Shown: piece after piece, positions 1 through 8,364 of the stretch
How positions within the stretch are numbered: the stretch's first letter is position 1
Layout of the letters: each line of letters opens with the position of its first letter
DNA from: an uncultured Holophagales bacterium
GTDB lineage: Bacteria > Acidobacteriota > Thermoanaerobaculia > Multivoradales > UBA5704
Assembly: GCA_963842525.1 (NCBI GenBank)
Contig: CAWJGT010000025.1
Coordinates: forward strand, 1-64,000
Direction of reading: 5' to 3'
DNA: 64,000 nucleotides
Program-made: the position numbers and the translations under genes
Notes under the pieces: model-generated
What the model was told of the DNA's origin: nothing
Database searches by the model: none
The model's input: the letters and a program-made list of their open reading frames with translations, nothing else

Positions 1-125
1 TGGGGAAGCTGCGGACGGGCTTGTGGGGGTTGCGGAGAAGTTGCGGCGGCCGGGAAAATTCCGCAGTCCCTCCACAGGGATTCAGGGCTTCTCCTGCACA
101 GTCTTTTCACAGCTTTTCCAGGCCC
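1..125. promoter_or_regulatory. Cluster of degenerate DnaA boxes downstream of dnaA (probable part of oriC)
   Basis: Several TTATCCACA-like words (TGCGGAGAA 31-39, CCTCCACA 69-76, CTTTTCACA 103-111) immediately 3' of dnaA; position typical of a dnaA-dnaN origin segment. Confidence 0.5.
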
Positions 126-141
126 TCTCTTATCTGGGGAG

Positions 142-1440
142 TCAACCGAATTGGTGCTCGAGCCCCTGGAGCACGCAGTCGAGATCGGCGTCCCTTGCAC
201 GCCGGTCCTCGATGTCGCGGACCGAGTACATGACCGTGGAGTGGTGCTTGTCGTTGAAAAGCTTGCCGATCTCGGGATAGGAGAGGTCCGTCAGCTTCGC
301 GCAGCAGGTACATGGCCACCTTGCCGCGGGAAGACGATCTGCTGCGAGTTGCTCTTGCTCTTGATCTCCGAGACCTTCAGGTCGTAGTGGCCGGCCACGA
401 CCTTGATGATCTCGGCCGGGTCGGCTTCTTCCCCTCCTCGGGAGGATGTCCTTGAGCGTCTCCTCGGCAAGGTCGAGCGACAGCGGCTTGCCGGTCAGCG
501 AGGAGAAGGCGATCACCCGGTTGAGCAGCCCTTCGAGCTCGCGGATGTTCGATTTGACCTGCTGGGCGATGAACTCCGCCACATCGTCGGGGAGGTTGAC
601 GCTCTCGGCTTCGGCCTTGCGCTGCGAGGATCGCCACCTTGGTCTCGAGGTCCGGCGGCTGGATGTCGGCGATCAGGCCCCACTCGAAGCGGCTGCGCAG
701 CCGCTCCTCCAGCGTCGGGATGTTCCGCGGCGGGGAGTCGGTCGAGAGGACGATCTGCTTCTGGCTCGTGTAGAGCGTGTTGAAGGTGTGGAAGAACTCC
801 TCCTGCGTCCGCTCCTTGTTGGCGAGGAACTGCATGTCGTCGATCAACAGCACATCGATCGTCGCGGTAGCGCTCGCGGAACTGGCGGCATGCGGTCGAA
901 GCGGATGGAGTTGATCAGCTCGTTGATGAAGTGCTCGGCCGACCAGGTAGAGGACCCGGAGCGTTGCGGGCTGCTGCGCAGGATCTCGTGCCGATGGCAT
1001 GCATCAGGTGCGTCTTGCCGAGCCCTACGCCGCCGTAGAGGAACAGCGGGTTGTAGCTGTGGGACGGGTTCTCGGCCACCGCCTTGGCCGCGGCGTGGGC
1101 GAACTGGTTGGACTTGCCCACGACGAAGGTCTGGAAGATGTACTTCGGATTGAAGTGCCCCGGCGCCGGCACCTCGTCGGTGGACACCTCCTTGTCGTCT
1201 TCCTCCAACAAGAAGTGAACCTCAAAGGGGCGGCCGCTGAGGCCGGCCAGAGCCCGGTCCACGACGGAACGGTAGCTCTCTTCGAGCGTGTGCAGGAAAC
1301 GGGAATTGGGAGCGAGAAGGATCAGGCGGCCCTGCCCCTCCTTGCGTACCTTCAGGGGGAGGAACCAGGTCGCGAACTCCTCGGGATCGAGCTGCTTTCT
1401 GGAGCTGTTTCTGGAGGAGCGACCAGAGAGACTGGGGCAT
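142..1440 (-). CDS. dnaA: Chromosomal replication initiator DnaA (split by several frameshifts, probably sequence errors)
   Basis: Motifs spread over ORFs 1222-1440, 915-1262, 377-1000, 142-582: [54 protein letters not shown]. Confidence 0.95.
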
Positions 1441-1478
1441 GGGACCTCGGACGCGTGAAGCTAGTCAAATTCCGCAGG

Positions 1479-1499
1479 AATTCCACAGGGTGTGGAAAA
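1479..1499. promoter_or_regulatory. Inverted pair of DnaA boxes upstream of dnaA
   Basis: AATTCCACA (1479-1487) and TGTGGAAAA (1491-1499, reverse complement TTTTCCACA). Confidence 0.65.
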
Positions 1500-1565
1500 C
1501 CCTAACCCTGGAGGGTGGGGTCGTCAGTGCAGTGGAGACAGACGCTACTCGCTACGACTGGACGC

Positions 1566-1594
1566 ATCATAGCAACACCCATTCGTGCCCGCAA
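1566..1594 (-). promoter_or_regulatory. Putative sigma-70 promoter of dnaA
   Basis: Minus strand TTGCGG-17 nt-TATGAT with extended -10 TG (TGCTATGAT). Confidence 0.55.
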
Positions 1595-1833
1595 CCCCTC
1601 CGGCAGGGTGACTCCTTAGAAAGAACTTTTGGTGCGGTGTCCATGGGTCTACAAACTCTCTTCCCTTCCCAGGGGCAGCATATCCTACGCCTCCCGCGTG
1701 GTGAGTCTTGTAGAAATGCTTCGGGATCGAAGGAAGGATTTACACGAGAGAATATCTTCGAGATCCTCGCGAACCTCTTGCTTCAAGAAGATAAGCTGCT
1801 CGCAACAAAAGACTTACTCCTTTCATCCGAAAG

Positions 1834-1849
1834 TGGTACGTCTATTGCA
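1834..1849 (+). promoter_or_regulatory. Sigma-54 (-24/-12) promoter, unit 1
   Basis: TGGTAC-GTCTA-TTGCA matches TGGCAC-N5-TTGCW. Confidence 0.8.
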
Positions 1850-1859
1850 GAGAAGGAAG

Positions 1860-2073
1860 GGCAAGTTCATAGAGCGTTCAGGGGGAGGTGCCGTCCAGCC
1901 AAACGGAAGTTCCTGCCATCTCCAAGAGATCCTGAGATCTCGTCAACTTCTTTGATATCCCTTTCCCTCTCCCCTTCTACAGGGGTAGATCCCACAACCA
2001 ACCGTCCCAACTCAGGACCTCCCCCCTAACGCTCGGCTCAAATCTCCGGGAGCGAAAGCTCCCGTTTCCTTTT
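1860..2073 (+). ncRNA. Putative sigma-54-dependent structured small RNA, copy 1 (family not recognised)
   Basis: Promoter, closing stem 1872-1889/2017-2034 (16 of 18 bp), conserved CCCCT-loop-AGGGGTAGA and CCAACCG motifs, terminator; 5' end estimated. Confidence 0.7.
2047..2073 (+). terminator. Intrinsic terminator, unit 1
   Basis: CGGGAGC-GAAA-GCTCCCG followed by TTTCCTTTT. Confidence 0.8.
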
Positions 2074-2093
2074 AGTGCCCCAAGGAGAGGACC

Positions 2094-2109
2094 GGGCACG
2101 GCCATTGCA
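2094..2109 (+). promoter_or_regulatory. Sigma-54 (-24/-12) promoter, unit 2
   Basis: GGGCAC-GGCCA-TTGCA. Confidence 0.8.
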
Positions 2110-2119
2110 GTCTGAGAGA

Positions 2120-2315
2120 AGGCATACAGGAGAATGACCGAGGGGGAGGTTCCACCAGCCAACGACCAAGCCTACCGTATCCCGAGATCTCTAGATCTCA
2201 CCCTCTCATCCGACCTGCCGAATCCCCCTTCAACAGGGGTAGATCCACAAGGACCAACCGGAGAGATGGGCTTCCCCCCGTGACGCTCCCAGCCCCGCTG
2301 GGAGCGTTTTCCTTT
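2120..2315 (+). ncRNA. Putative sigma-54-dependent structured small RNA, copy 2
   Basis: Promoter, closing stem 2142-2151/2269-2278 with G.U pairs, shared motifs, terminator; 5' end estimated. Confidence 0.7.
2283..2315 (+). terminator. Intrinsic terminator, unit 2
   Basis: ACGCTCCCAGC-CCC-GCTGGGAGCGT followed by TTTCCTTT. Confidence 0.8.
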
Positions 2316-2350
2316 GAGGGGGAGGAGTGGGAGAGAAGGAATGAGAAACC

Positions 2351-2366
2351 AGGCACGGTTGTTGCA
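2351..2366 (+). promoter_or_regulatory. Sigma-54 (-24/-12) promoter, unit 3
   Basis: AGGCAC-GGTTG-TTGCA. Confidence 0.8.
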
Positions 2367-2376
2367 GGGGTTAGAT

Positions 2377-2570
2377 TCAGGAAATGACGAGGGGGAAGCT
2401 CCCACACACCAAAAGACTTCCCACCTAAAAACGAGGCCCTAGTGCCTCACCTTTGCAAAACATCCTCCTGATCCCCTATTGACAGGGGTAGAGCCAAATA
2501 AGCCAACCGGAGAGATGGGATGCCCCCCTCTTAAAGCCCTCTCCCCTTCGGGGAGGGGGATTTTCTTTTT
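2377..2570 (+). ncRNA. Putative sigma-54-dependent structured small RNA, copy 3
   Basis: Promoter, closing stem 2389-2404/2516-2530, shared motifs, terminator; 5' end estimated. Confidence 0.7.
2537..2570 (+). terminator. Intrinsic terminator, unit 3
   Basis: CCCTCTCCCC-TTC-GGGGAGGGGG followed by ATTTTCTTTTT. Confidence 0.8.
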
Positions 2571-2640
2571 CAGCAGACCTCTCTGCGCGTCGTGCTGAAA
2601 TCGCCATTCTTGCCTGCCAAATTGGCCGACCCGAGATAGA

Positions 2641-3786
2641 ATGACGCGGGTGCGGCATGCCCAGAACCTCCTCGCCTGGTTCGACAGGCACCGCCGCGAC
2701 CTGCCCTGGCGCCGAACGCGCGATCCCTACCGCATCTGGCTCTCGGAAGTGATGCTCCAGCAGACGCGCGTGGAGGTGGTGCTCCCCTATTACAAGAGGT
2801 TCCTGGAAAAATTTGCCACCGCCCAGGCCCTTGCGCAGGCAGACCTCGAAGAGGTCCTCGCCCTCTGGTCGGGCCTGGGCTACTACCGGCGAGCCCGGCA
2901 GCTCCATGCCGCGGCGCGGCGGGTCGCCGAGCTCGGCGGGTTCCCGCGGACCGTCGAGGGGCTGCGCGAGCTGCCGGGGATCGGGCCCTACACGGCGGCG
3001 GCAGTGGCGAGCATCGCCTTCGGCGTCCCCGAGCCGGTGCTCGACGGCAACGTCGAGCGCGTCCTCTCCCGCTGGCTGGCTCTCGACGCGGACTCGAAGG
3101 GGAGCGCCGCCCGCAAGGCTCTCCTGGCTGCGGCTTCGTCCCTGCTCGATCCGGAGCGCCCGGGCGACAGCAACCAGGCCCTCATGGAGCTGGGCGCTAC
3201 CCTCTGCACCCCGCGCCGCCCCAAGTGCCTCCTCTGTCCGCTCTCCACCGGCTGCCGGGCCGCGGCCGGGGGGAACCCCGAGCGGTACCCGCCGCCGCGG
3301 GTGAAGCGCGAGCCGGAACGGCACCGGCTGCTGGTCGCCGTGGTCGAGGACGACCGCGGCGTGCTGCTCTTCCGGCGGCCCGACGACAGCGAGCTCCTGG
3401 CCGGAACCTGGGAGCTGCCGTGGGTGCCCGTTCCCGCGGATGGCTCCCTGGAGCGGGCGGAGACGGACCTGGGCGCGCGGTATGGCGGCAGGTGGAGCCT
3501 GCGGGAGCAGGAAGCGGCGGTCCGCCACGGGATCACCTACCGGAATCTCGAGATCGCGGTGCACCGGGCGGAGCTGGCTGAGCGGCCGAAAGGCGGGCCG
3601 GTGCGCCATGGCTCGGAGGCTCCGGAGGCGGCGGCGGGGTGGTTCGACGAGGGGCGCCGGGCCGGGCTGCCGCAGTCGTCGCTGGTGGGGAAGGTGCTCG
3701 GGAGCCTGGCGGAGGGAGGAACGCTCAGGCGCGCTTCCGCGGGCGGTCCACCGGCCAGGAGATCCCGGTCCCGCCGGCGAGGATGA
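2641..3786 (+). CDS. mutY: A/G-specific adenine glycosylase
   Basis: RDLPWR, IWLSEVMLQQT, WSGLGYYRRAR, LPGIGPYTA, C-X6-C-X2-C-X5-C Fe-S motif. Confidence 0.95.
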   Translation: MTRVRHAQNLLAWFDRHRRDLPWRRTRDPYRIWLSEVMLQQTRVEVVLPYYKRFLEKFATAQALAQADLEEVLALWSGLGYYRRARQLHAAARRVAELGGFPRTVEGLRELPGIGPYTAAAVASIAFGVPEPVLDGNVERVLSRWLALDADSKGSAARKALLAAASSLLDPERPGDSNQALMELGATLCTPRRPKCLLCPLSTGCRAAAGGNPERYPPPRVKREPERHRLLVAVVEDDRGVLLFRRPDDSELLAGTWELPWVPVPADGSLERAETDLGARYGGRWSLREQEAAVRHGITYRNLEIAVHRAELAERPKGGPVRHGSEAPEAAAGWFDEGRRAGLPQSSLVGKVLGSLAEGGTLRRASAGGPPARRSRSRRRG

Positions 3787-4735
3787 ACCAGGTGATGATC
3801 TTGTCGTCGATCTCGCGCAGCCGGCCCGCCACCAGGTTGCAGAGGATCGAGAGCAGACGCAGGGAGGAGACCTTGTTGATGTCGAGGATCCCCTCCAGGA
3901 CGTCGCGCGGGATGGCGAGGACGACGGCTCCCTCGTCATGCGCCTTGGCGTCGGCCGAGCGCGGCGCGTTGTCGATGAGCGCCATCTCTCCGAAGTAGCC
4001 GCCGCGTTCGAGGAAGGCGAGGGCCTCCTCGCCCGCCCCCGGGATGAACTTGCTGATCATCACGCGCCCCTCGAGCACGATGTACATCTCGTAGGCCGTC
4101 TCCCCCTCGCGGAAGATGACCTGGTTGGGGGCGAACTTCTTCTCCTTCGAAAGGGTGGAGAGGAAGTTGATCTCCAGGTTGGAGAGCTTCTGTTCCTGGA
4201 AGAGCTTGCGCTTGACCGCCAGGTCGACGCGGAACTCCCCTCCCGGTTGGGCGTGGGTGATCGGATCGCCGGGCGGTGGACCGCCGGTCTCGGCGAAGAA
4301 CTGGCTGAGGTTGGCGTTCGTCTGGCGGAGCTTCCCCGAGAGGCTCTTCCAGAAGGTCCAGTAGAGGGCGAGTTGGAAGCCCGGGTCGCGCTCCTGCTGC
4401 GCCGCGAGCGCCGCCTGGTCGAAGGCGACGATCTCGGTCTCGGCGGTGGTGACCGCCGAGCCGGTCCGCGGCCCGTGGTCGACGATGGCGGTTTCGCCGA
4501 AGAGATCGCCGGGACCGAGGCTGGCCAGGGAGAACAGGCCGTAGGGGGTCTTCCTCTGGATGCGGATGCCGCCGCTGCGGATCATGTAGGCGCCGCGAGA
4601 CGCCTCCCCCTCCTGGACCACCAGGGTGTCGGCCGGATGCTGGACGAGGGAGGCGCACCCGGCGAGCTGAGACAACTGCTCATCGCTGAAGTGGGAGAAG
4701 AGATCCCACTGCCGGAAAAGTCCCTGGAGGCTCAA
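3725..4735 (-). CDS. Tandem cyclic-nucleotide-binding domain protein
   Basis: Two cNMP cassettes (GDLFGETAIV..GPRTGSA; GGYFGEMALID.APRSADA); TTG start inferred. Confidence 0.8.
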   Translation of the reverse strand: MSLQGLFRQWDLFSHFSDEQLSQLAGCASLVQHPADTLVVQEGEASRGAYMIRSGGIRIQRKTPYGLFSLASLGPGDLFGETAIVDHGPRTGSAVTTAETEIVAFDQAALAAQQERDPGFQLALYWTFWKSLSGKLRQTNANLSQFFAETGGPPPGDPITHAQPGGEFRVDLAVKRKLFQEQKLSNLEINFLSTLSKEKKFAPNQVIFREGETAYEMYIVLEGRVMISKFIPGAGEEALAFLERGGYFGEMALIDNAPRSADAKAHDEGAVVLAIPRDVLEGILDINKVSSLRLLSILCNLVAGRLREIDDKIITWFILAGGTGISWPVDRPRKRA

Positions 4736-4742
4736 GGTCCGC

Positions 4743-5420
4743 CTATTGTAGCGGAAGCGGACCGGAGTCGGTGAGCAGGAGCTCGGCGAGGCGGCTGGCC
4801 GGAGCCGAGGCCTGGCCTTCGCGGCGCGCCCATGCGGCCCGGTCGGGATCGCCGAAGGCGGCCCACAGGGCGGCAGCCTGGAGGAACCACTCGGCGAAGA
4901 GGGGCTCGCCGCTGCCCAGGTCGGAGCGCAGCTTGCTCTCGAGAGGCGCCTCGACCTCGTCGAAGAGGCGGCGGGCCGCCGGAGGATTTCCGCGCCGCAG
5001 CTCGAGCCAGGCGCGGTGGAGGTTAATGGACTCGGCGAGGTCGGAGCGGTTGGCGGCCGCCGTGGCGAAGGCCTGCTCGGCCGCGGCGTAGTCGCCCCCA
5101 TAGGAGGCGACGAGGCCGGACTCCAGCCAGGCCTCCCCGTCCTCCGGATCGTCGGCGAGGATCCGCCGCAGGAGCTCGCGGGAGGTTTTCAGATCGAGCA
5201 GGTGCTTGGCGGCTACGGCCGCAGCGTACAGCTCGTCCCGCCGGGCCCGCCCCTCCGTCCGCGCCGCCGCCAGGGCCGCCGCGAAGTCTCCCCGCCCCAG
5301 CGCTTCCATCGCCGGGCTCCCCTCCGACCGCCGCAACACCAAGAACAGCCCGATCGACGCCGCGGCGCCAAGGAGGGCCAGGAGGAAGATGAAGATCCCT
5401 TCGAAAGTGGGCATGGTCAT
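4743..5420 (-). CDS. Membrane-anchored TPR-like protein
   Basis: N-terminal TM helix, helical repeats (DPEDGEAWLESG...YAAAEQAF). Confidence 0.65.
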   Translation of the reverse strand: MTMPTFEGIFIFLLALLGAAASIGLFLVLRRSEGSPAMEALGRGDFAAALAAARTEGRARRDELYAAAVAAKHLLDLKTSRELLRRILADDPEDGEAWLESGLVASYGGDYAAAEQAFATAAANRSDLAESINLHRAWLELRRGNPPAARRLFDEVEAPLESKLRSDLGSGEPLFAEWFLQAAALWAAFGDPDRAAWARREGQASAPASRLAELLLTDSGPLPLQ

Positions 5421-5499
5421 CCGGGCTCGGCGCCATGTTAGCCGATCTACGCGCCGCCGTCAGAGGGTGTCTGGGGCGGGGCCGAGGTCAAGGAATCCC

Positions 5500-5830
5500 G
5501 GGAAAACGTCTCGCGGACCGTGGTCCTTAAAGCATTGACTGCAGGAAACGACCCGCGGACCCGGGTCCCTCAAGTACTGACTACAGGAAATGGGCCGCGG
5601 ACCGCGATCCCTCAAGCACGGAATAAAGCAAATGAGCCGCGGACCCGGGTCCCTGAAGCATTGACTACAGCAAACGTCGCACGGACCCGGGTCCTTGTAG
5701 CAGGGACTAAAGAAAAAGTCACGCGGACCGCGGTCCCTCAAGCATCGACTGTAGGAAACGGGCCGCGGACCGCGGTCCCTCAAGCACGGACTAAAGGACG
5801 CGGCACGTTGACTGCGGTCCTTTAGGCATG
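5500..5830. repeat. Degenerate 42-bp tandem repeat, about 8 copies, with palindromic core
   Basis: CGCGGACC(C/G)(G/C)GGTCCCTCAAGCA-like unit starts at 5512, 5554, 5596, 5638, 5680, 5722, 5764, 5806. Confidence 0.9.
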
Positions 5831-5892
5831 ATCCCGAGACCGTGGCGCGTTGTCCCGGGTCCATGGGCAGCGTCCCGATCTCGGGTCCTTCC

Positions 5893-6462
5893 TCACAGCA
5901 GCGGGAGCTGCACCGGCCCGAGGACGTGCTCCCAGACCTCCTGCTCGACCGTATCGAGCCAGGATGCGCGGCTGTCGGGGGCGAGGTGGAGGGCGGAGAT
6001 GCCGCGGCCGTCGAGCTCGCGGGCGAGGCGCTCCTCCACGGCGAGCTGGAACGCCGGATTGGCCGAGCGGATGCCGTCCGGGTTTGGCTGCTCCAGGACC
6101 GGCACGTGCACCAGGAGGTCGTAGGTGCGCATCCAGGACTCCACGAGCGTCTCCAACGCCTCCTGCCGGCCGGCGGAGAGCAGGAGGTAGACATAGTTGT
6201 CGAGGACGCTCCGGTCGCAGATCACCGCCGGATAGCGGGACTGGGCCACCAGCTCCTCGGTGATCTGGGCGTGGAGGATCCACGACTGCGCGGCGACCGA
6301 GGTCTCCTCGTTGATCGGCAGCGGACAGCGCCGCGCCACTTCATGCACAACCTCGACCGCCACGTCCCGAACCTTGAGGCGCGCGGCGAGACCGTAGCAG
6401 AGGGTGGTCTTCCCTACGCCATGGCTGCCAATGAAGGCAATCTTGTACCGCGGAGCGCTCAC
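5893..6462 (-). CDS. AAA_28/NadR-Ttd14-like P-loop ATPase or kinase
   Basis: KIAFIGSHGVGKTTL, EVAR, ICDRSVLDNYVY. Confidence 0.8.
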   Translation of the reverse strand: MSAPRYKIAFIGSHGVGKTTLCYGLAARLKVRDVAVEVVHEVARRCPLPINEETSVAAQSWILHAQITEELVAQSRYPAVICDRSVLDNYVYLLLSAGRQEALETLVESWMRTYDLLVHVPVLEQPNPDGIRSANPAFQLAVEERLARELDGRGISALHLAPDSRASWLDTVEQEVWEHVLGPVQLPLL

Positions 6463-7760
6463 GGACGTTTCTCCTCGAGCTCCTCTTCCAGAATCGTGAG
6501 CGCCGCATCGAGCAGCGGCTCAGGGATCAGGAGCGGCGGTACGATCTGGGCCACCCGCCCCTCCGGCCCGCCGGCAAGCAGGAGGAGCCCTCGCGCGAGC
6601 GCCTCCGAGGTGAGCCGCTTGGCGAGGTCCTTGGAGGCCAGCTCGACGCCCCAGAGGAGCCCCCGCCCGCGCACGTCCGAGACGGCCGGGAAGCGTTCCC
6701 GCCAGCCCGCCAGCCGCTCGGCCACTCCGGCGCCGAGGCGAACGGCGCGCGTTGTCAGATCCTCCTCTTCAAGGATGTCGAGCACGGCCAGGGCGGCGGC
6801 GCAGGCCAGGGGGTTGGCCACGAAGGTGGCGGTGTGGCGCGCCTCGCCGGGGGTCTCCCAGCAGCGGAAGAGGTCGCGGCGGGCGATCACGGCGGCGATG
6901 GGCAAGCCTCCGCCGAGCGCCTTGCCGCAGCAGAGCAGGTCCGGCCGCACCCCGTCGGCTTCGACCGCGAAGAGGGTCCCGGTGCGGCCGAAGCCGGTGA
7001 AGACCTCGTCCGCGATCAGCAGGGCGCCGACGCTCTGGCAGGCTTCGGCGAGGGCGGGAAGCCAGCCGGCAGGCGGCACCAGGACGCCCTCCCGGCCGAC
7101 GATCGGCTCGACGATTACGGCGCCGATCTCTTCCCGGTCGAGGACGGCTGTGATTTCGCCGGGATGGCAGCCGTAGGGGAGCCGGCGGACGTGGCCGTGG
7201 AGATGGGCGGCGAAAGGCGTGCGGAACTCGTCCCGCGAGGTGACGGCCAAGGCGCCCAGCGTCATGCCGTGGTAGGAGGGCTCGAAGGCGAGGACGCCGG
7301 GCCGGCCGGTGGCGGCGAGGGCCGTCTTGAGCGCGATCTCCACGGCTTCGGCGCCGGAGATGGAGAAGAAGACCTGGGCGTCGTCCACCGGCGCGAGGCG
7401 CGCCAGGCGTGCGGCCAGCTCGACCCGCAGCGGATGGGCGTGGACGTCCCCCAGCCCATGGAGGAGCCGGCCTGCCTGCTCGCGCACCGCCTCGACGACC
7501 CGCGGGTGCGCGTGCCCCACCGCGGCCACGCCGAAGGCGGCGGTGAGGTCTATATAGATATTGCCGTCGACGTCGCGGACGTTCGCTCCCCGGGCCTCCT
7601 CCCAGAGGAGCGAGGGAGCCGGTGGATCGCCGGGTCCACCTGGAGCCAAGGTGTTGATGCCGGGGGCTTCGACCGCGGCGAGGCACCGGGACAGCTCGCG
7701 GGCGCGGGGCCCCGGCGGCGGGACGACCATGCGGGGGAGGAGCTCGCCGAAGGCGGTCAC
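6459..7760 (-). CDS. Class-III PLP aminotransferase
   Basis: DVDGNIYIDL, SGAEAVE, LIADEVFTGFGRTG, GKALGGG, VRGRGL. Confidence 0.9.
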   Translation of the reverse strand: MTAFGELLPRMVVPPPGPRARELSRCLAAVEAPGINTLAPGGPGDPPAPSLLWEEARGANVRDVDGNIYIDLTAAFGVAAVGHAHPRVVEAVREQAGRLLHGLGDVHAHPLRVELAARLARLAPVDDAQVFFSISGAEAVEIALKTALAATGRPGVLAFEPSYHGMTLGALAVTSRDEFRTPFAAHLHGHVRRLPYGCHPGEITAVLDREEIGAVIVEPIVGREGVLVPPAGWLPALAEACQSVGALLIADEVFTGFGRTGTLFAVEADGVRPDLLCCGKALGGGLPIAAVIARRDLFRCWETPGEARHTATFVANPLACAAALAVLDILEEEDLTTRAVRLGAGVAERLAGWRERFPAVSDVRGRGLLWGVELASKDLAKRLTSEALARGLLLLAGGPEGRVAQIVPPLLIPEPLLDAALTILEEELEEKRP

Positions 7761-8341
7761 ATCTCGCGCCGGCCGGCCAGCGACCGCCCCAGGGTCACCT
7801 CGTCGGTATACTCGATGTCGCCGCCGACGGGCATGCCGAAGGCGAGGCGGGTGACCCGCACGCCCCGGGGCTTGAGCAGGCGGGCCAGGTAGAGGGCCGT
7901 GGCCTCGCCCTCGACGTTCGGGTTGGTGGCCACCACGACCTCCTCAATCCCTTCGAGGCGGGCCAGCAGCCCGGCGATGGCTAGGCGGTCGGGGCCGATC
8001 CCGCGGTGCGGCGAGAGGGCTCCGAGCAGGACGTGGTAAAGGCCGTGGTATTCCCCCGTCCGCTCGATGGGCTCGATGTTGAACGGCTCCTCGACGACGC
8101 AGATACGGATGCGGTCGCGCCGCTCGTCGTCGCAGTAGCGGCACGGGTCGATGGCGGTGATGGCATTGCACACCGAGCAGTGGAAGAGCTTCTCCTTCAC
8201 CTCGACGATGGCCTCGGCGAGGGCTTGGGCGTCGGTGGCGGGCACCTTGAGGAGATAGTGGGCGAAGCGCGTTGCGGTCTTGGGCCCGATGCCCGGCAGG
8301 CGCGCGAGCTCGCCGATCAGTCGGGCCAGAGGGTCGGGCAT
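7757..8341 (-). CDS. recR: Recombination mediator RecR
   Basis: LPGIGPKTA, C4 zinc finger, ATNPNVEGEATA. Confidence 0.97.
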   Translation of the reverse strand: MPDPLARLIGELARLPGIGPKTATRFAHYLLKVPATDAQALAEAIVEVKEKLFHCSVCNAITAIDPCRYCDDERRDRIRICVVEEPFNIEPIERTGEYHGLYHVLLGALSPHRGIGPDRLAIAGLLARLEGIEEVVVATNPNVEGEATALYLARLLKPRGVRVTRLAFGMPVGGDIEYTDEVTLGRSLAGRREM

Positions 8342-8364
8342 CGGTCGGACATCGAAGCAGTGGA

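Noticed and set aside
142-1440. dnaA, parA, glmS and glmU as true pseudogenes or programmed frameshifts
   Set aside because: Multiple scattered indels with all motifs intact fit sequencing error better
1439-2029. 196-aa ORF and other ORFs in the dnaA-mutY gap
   Set aside because: No recognisable motifs, composition unlike the GC-rich genes, and they overlap promoter and DnaA-box signals
1979-2534. The three array units read as peptides ending TGV(D/E)P...PP* (unit 2 has a 49-aa ORF at 2134-2283)
   Set aside because: Unit 3 has an in-frame TAG at 2440, unit 1 has no RBS-supported start inside the transcript, and the conserved CCAACCG falls in a different codon frame in unit 1. Conservation is at nucleotide and structure level, though a dual-function RNA is not fully excluded.
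5500-5830. CRISPR array
   Set aside because: The period is only 42 bp, the repeats are degenerate, the intervening parts resemble each other, and no cas genes are in the window
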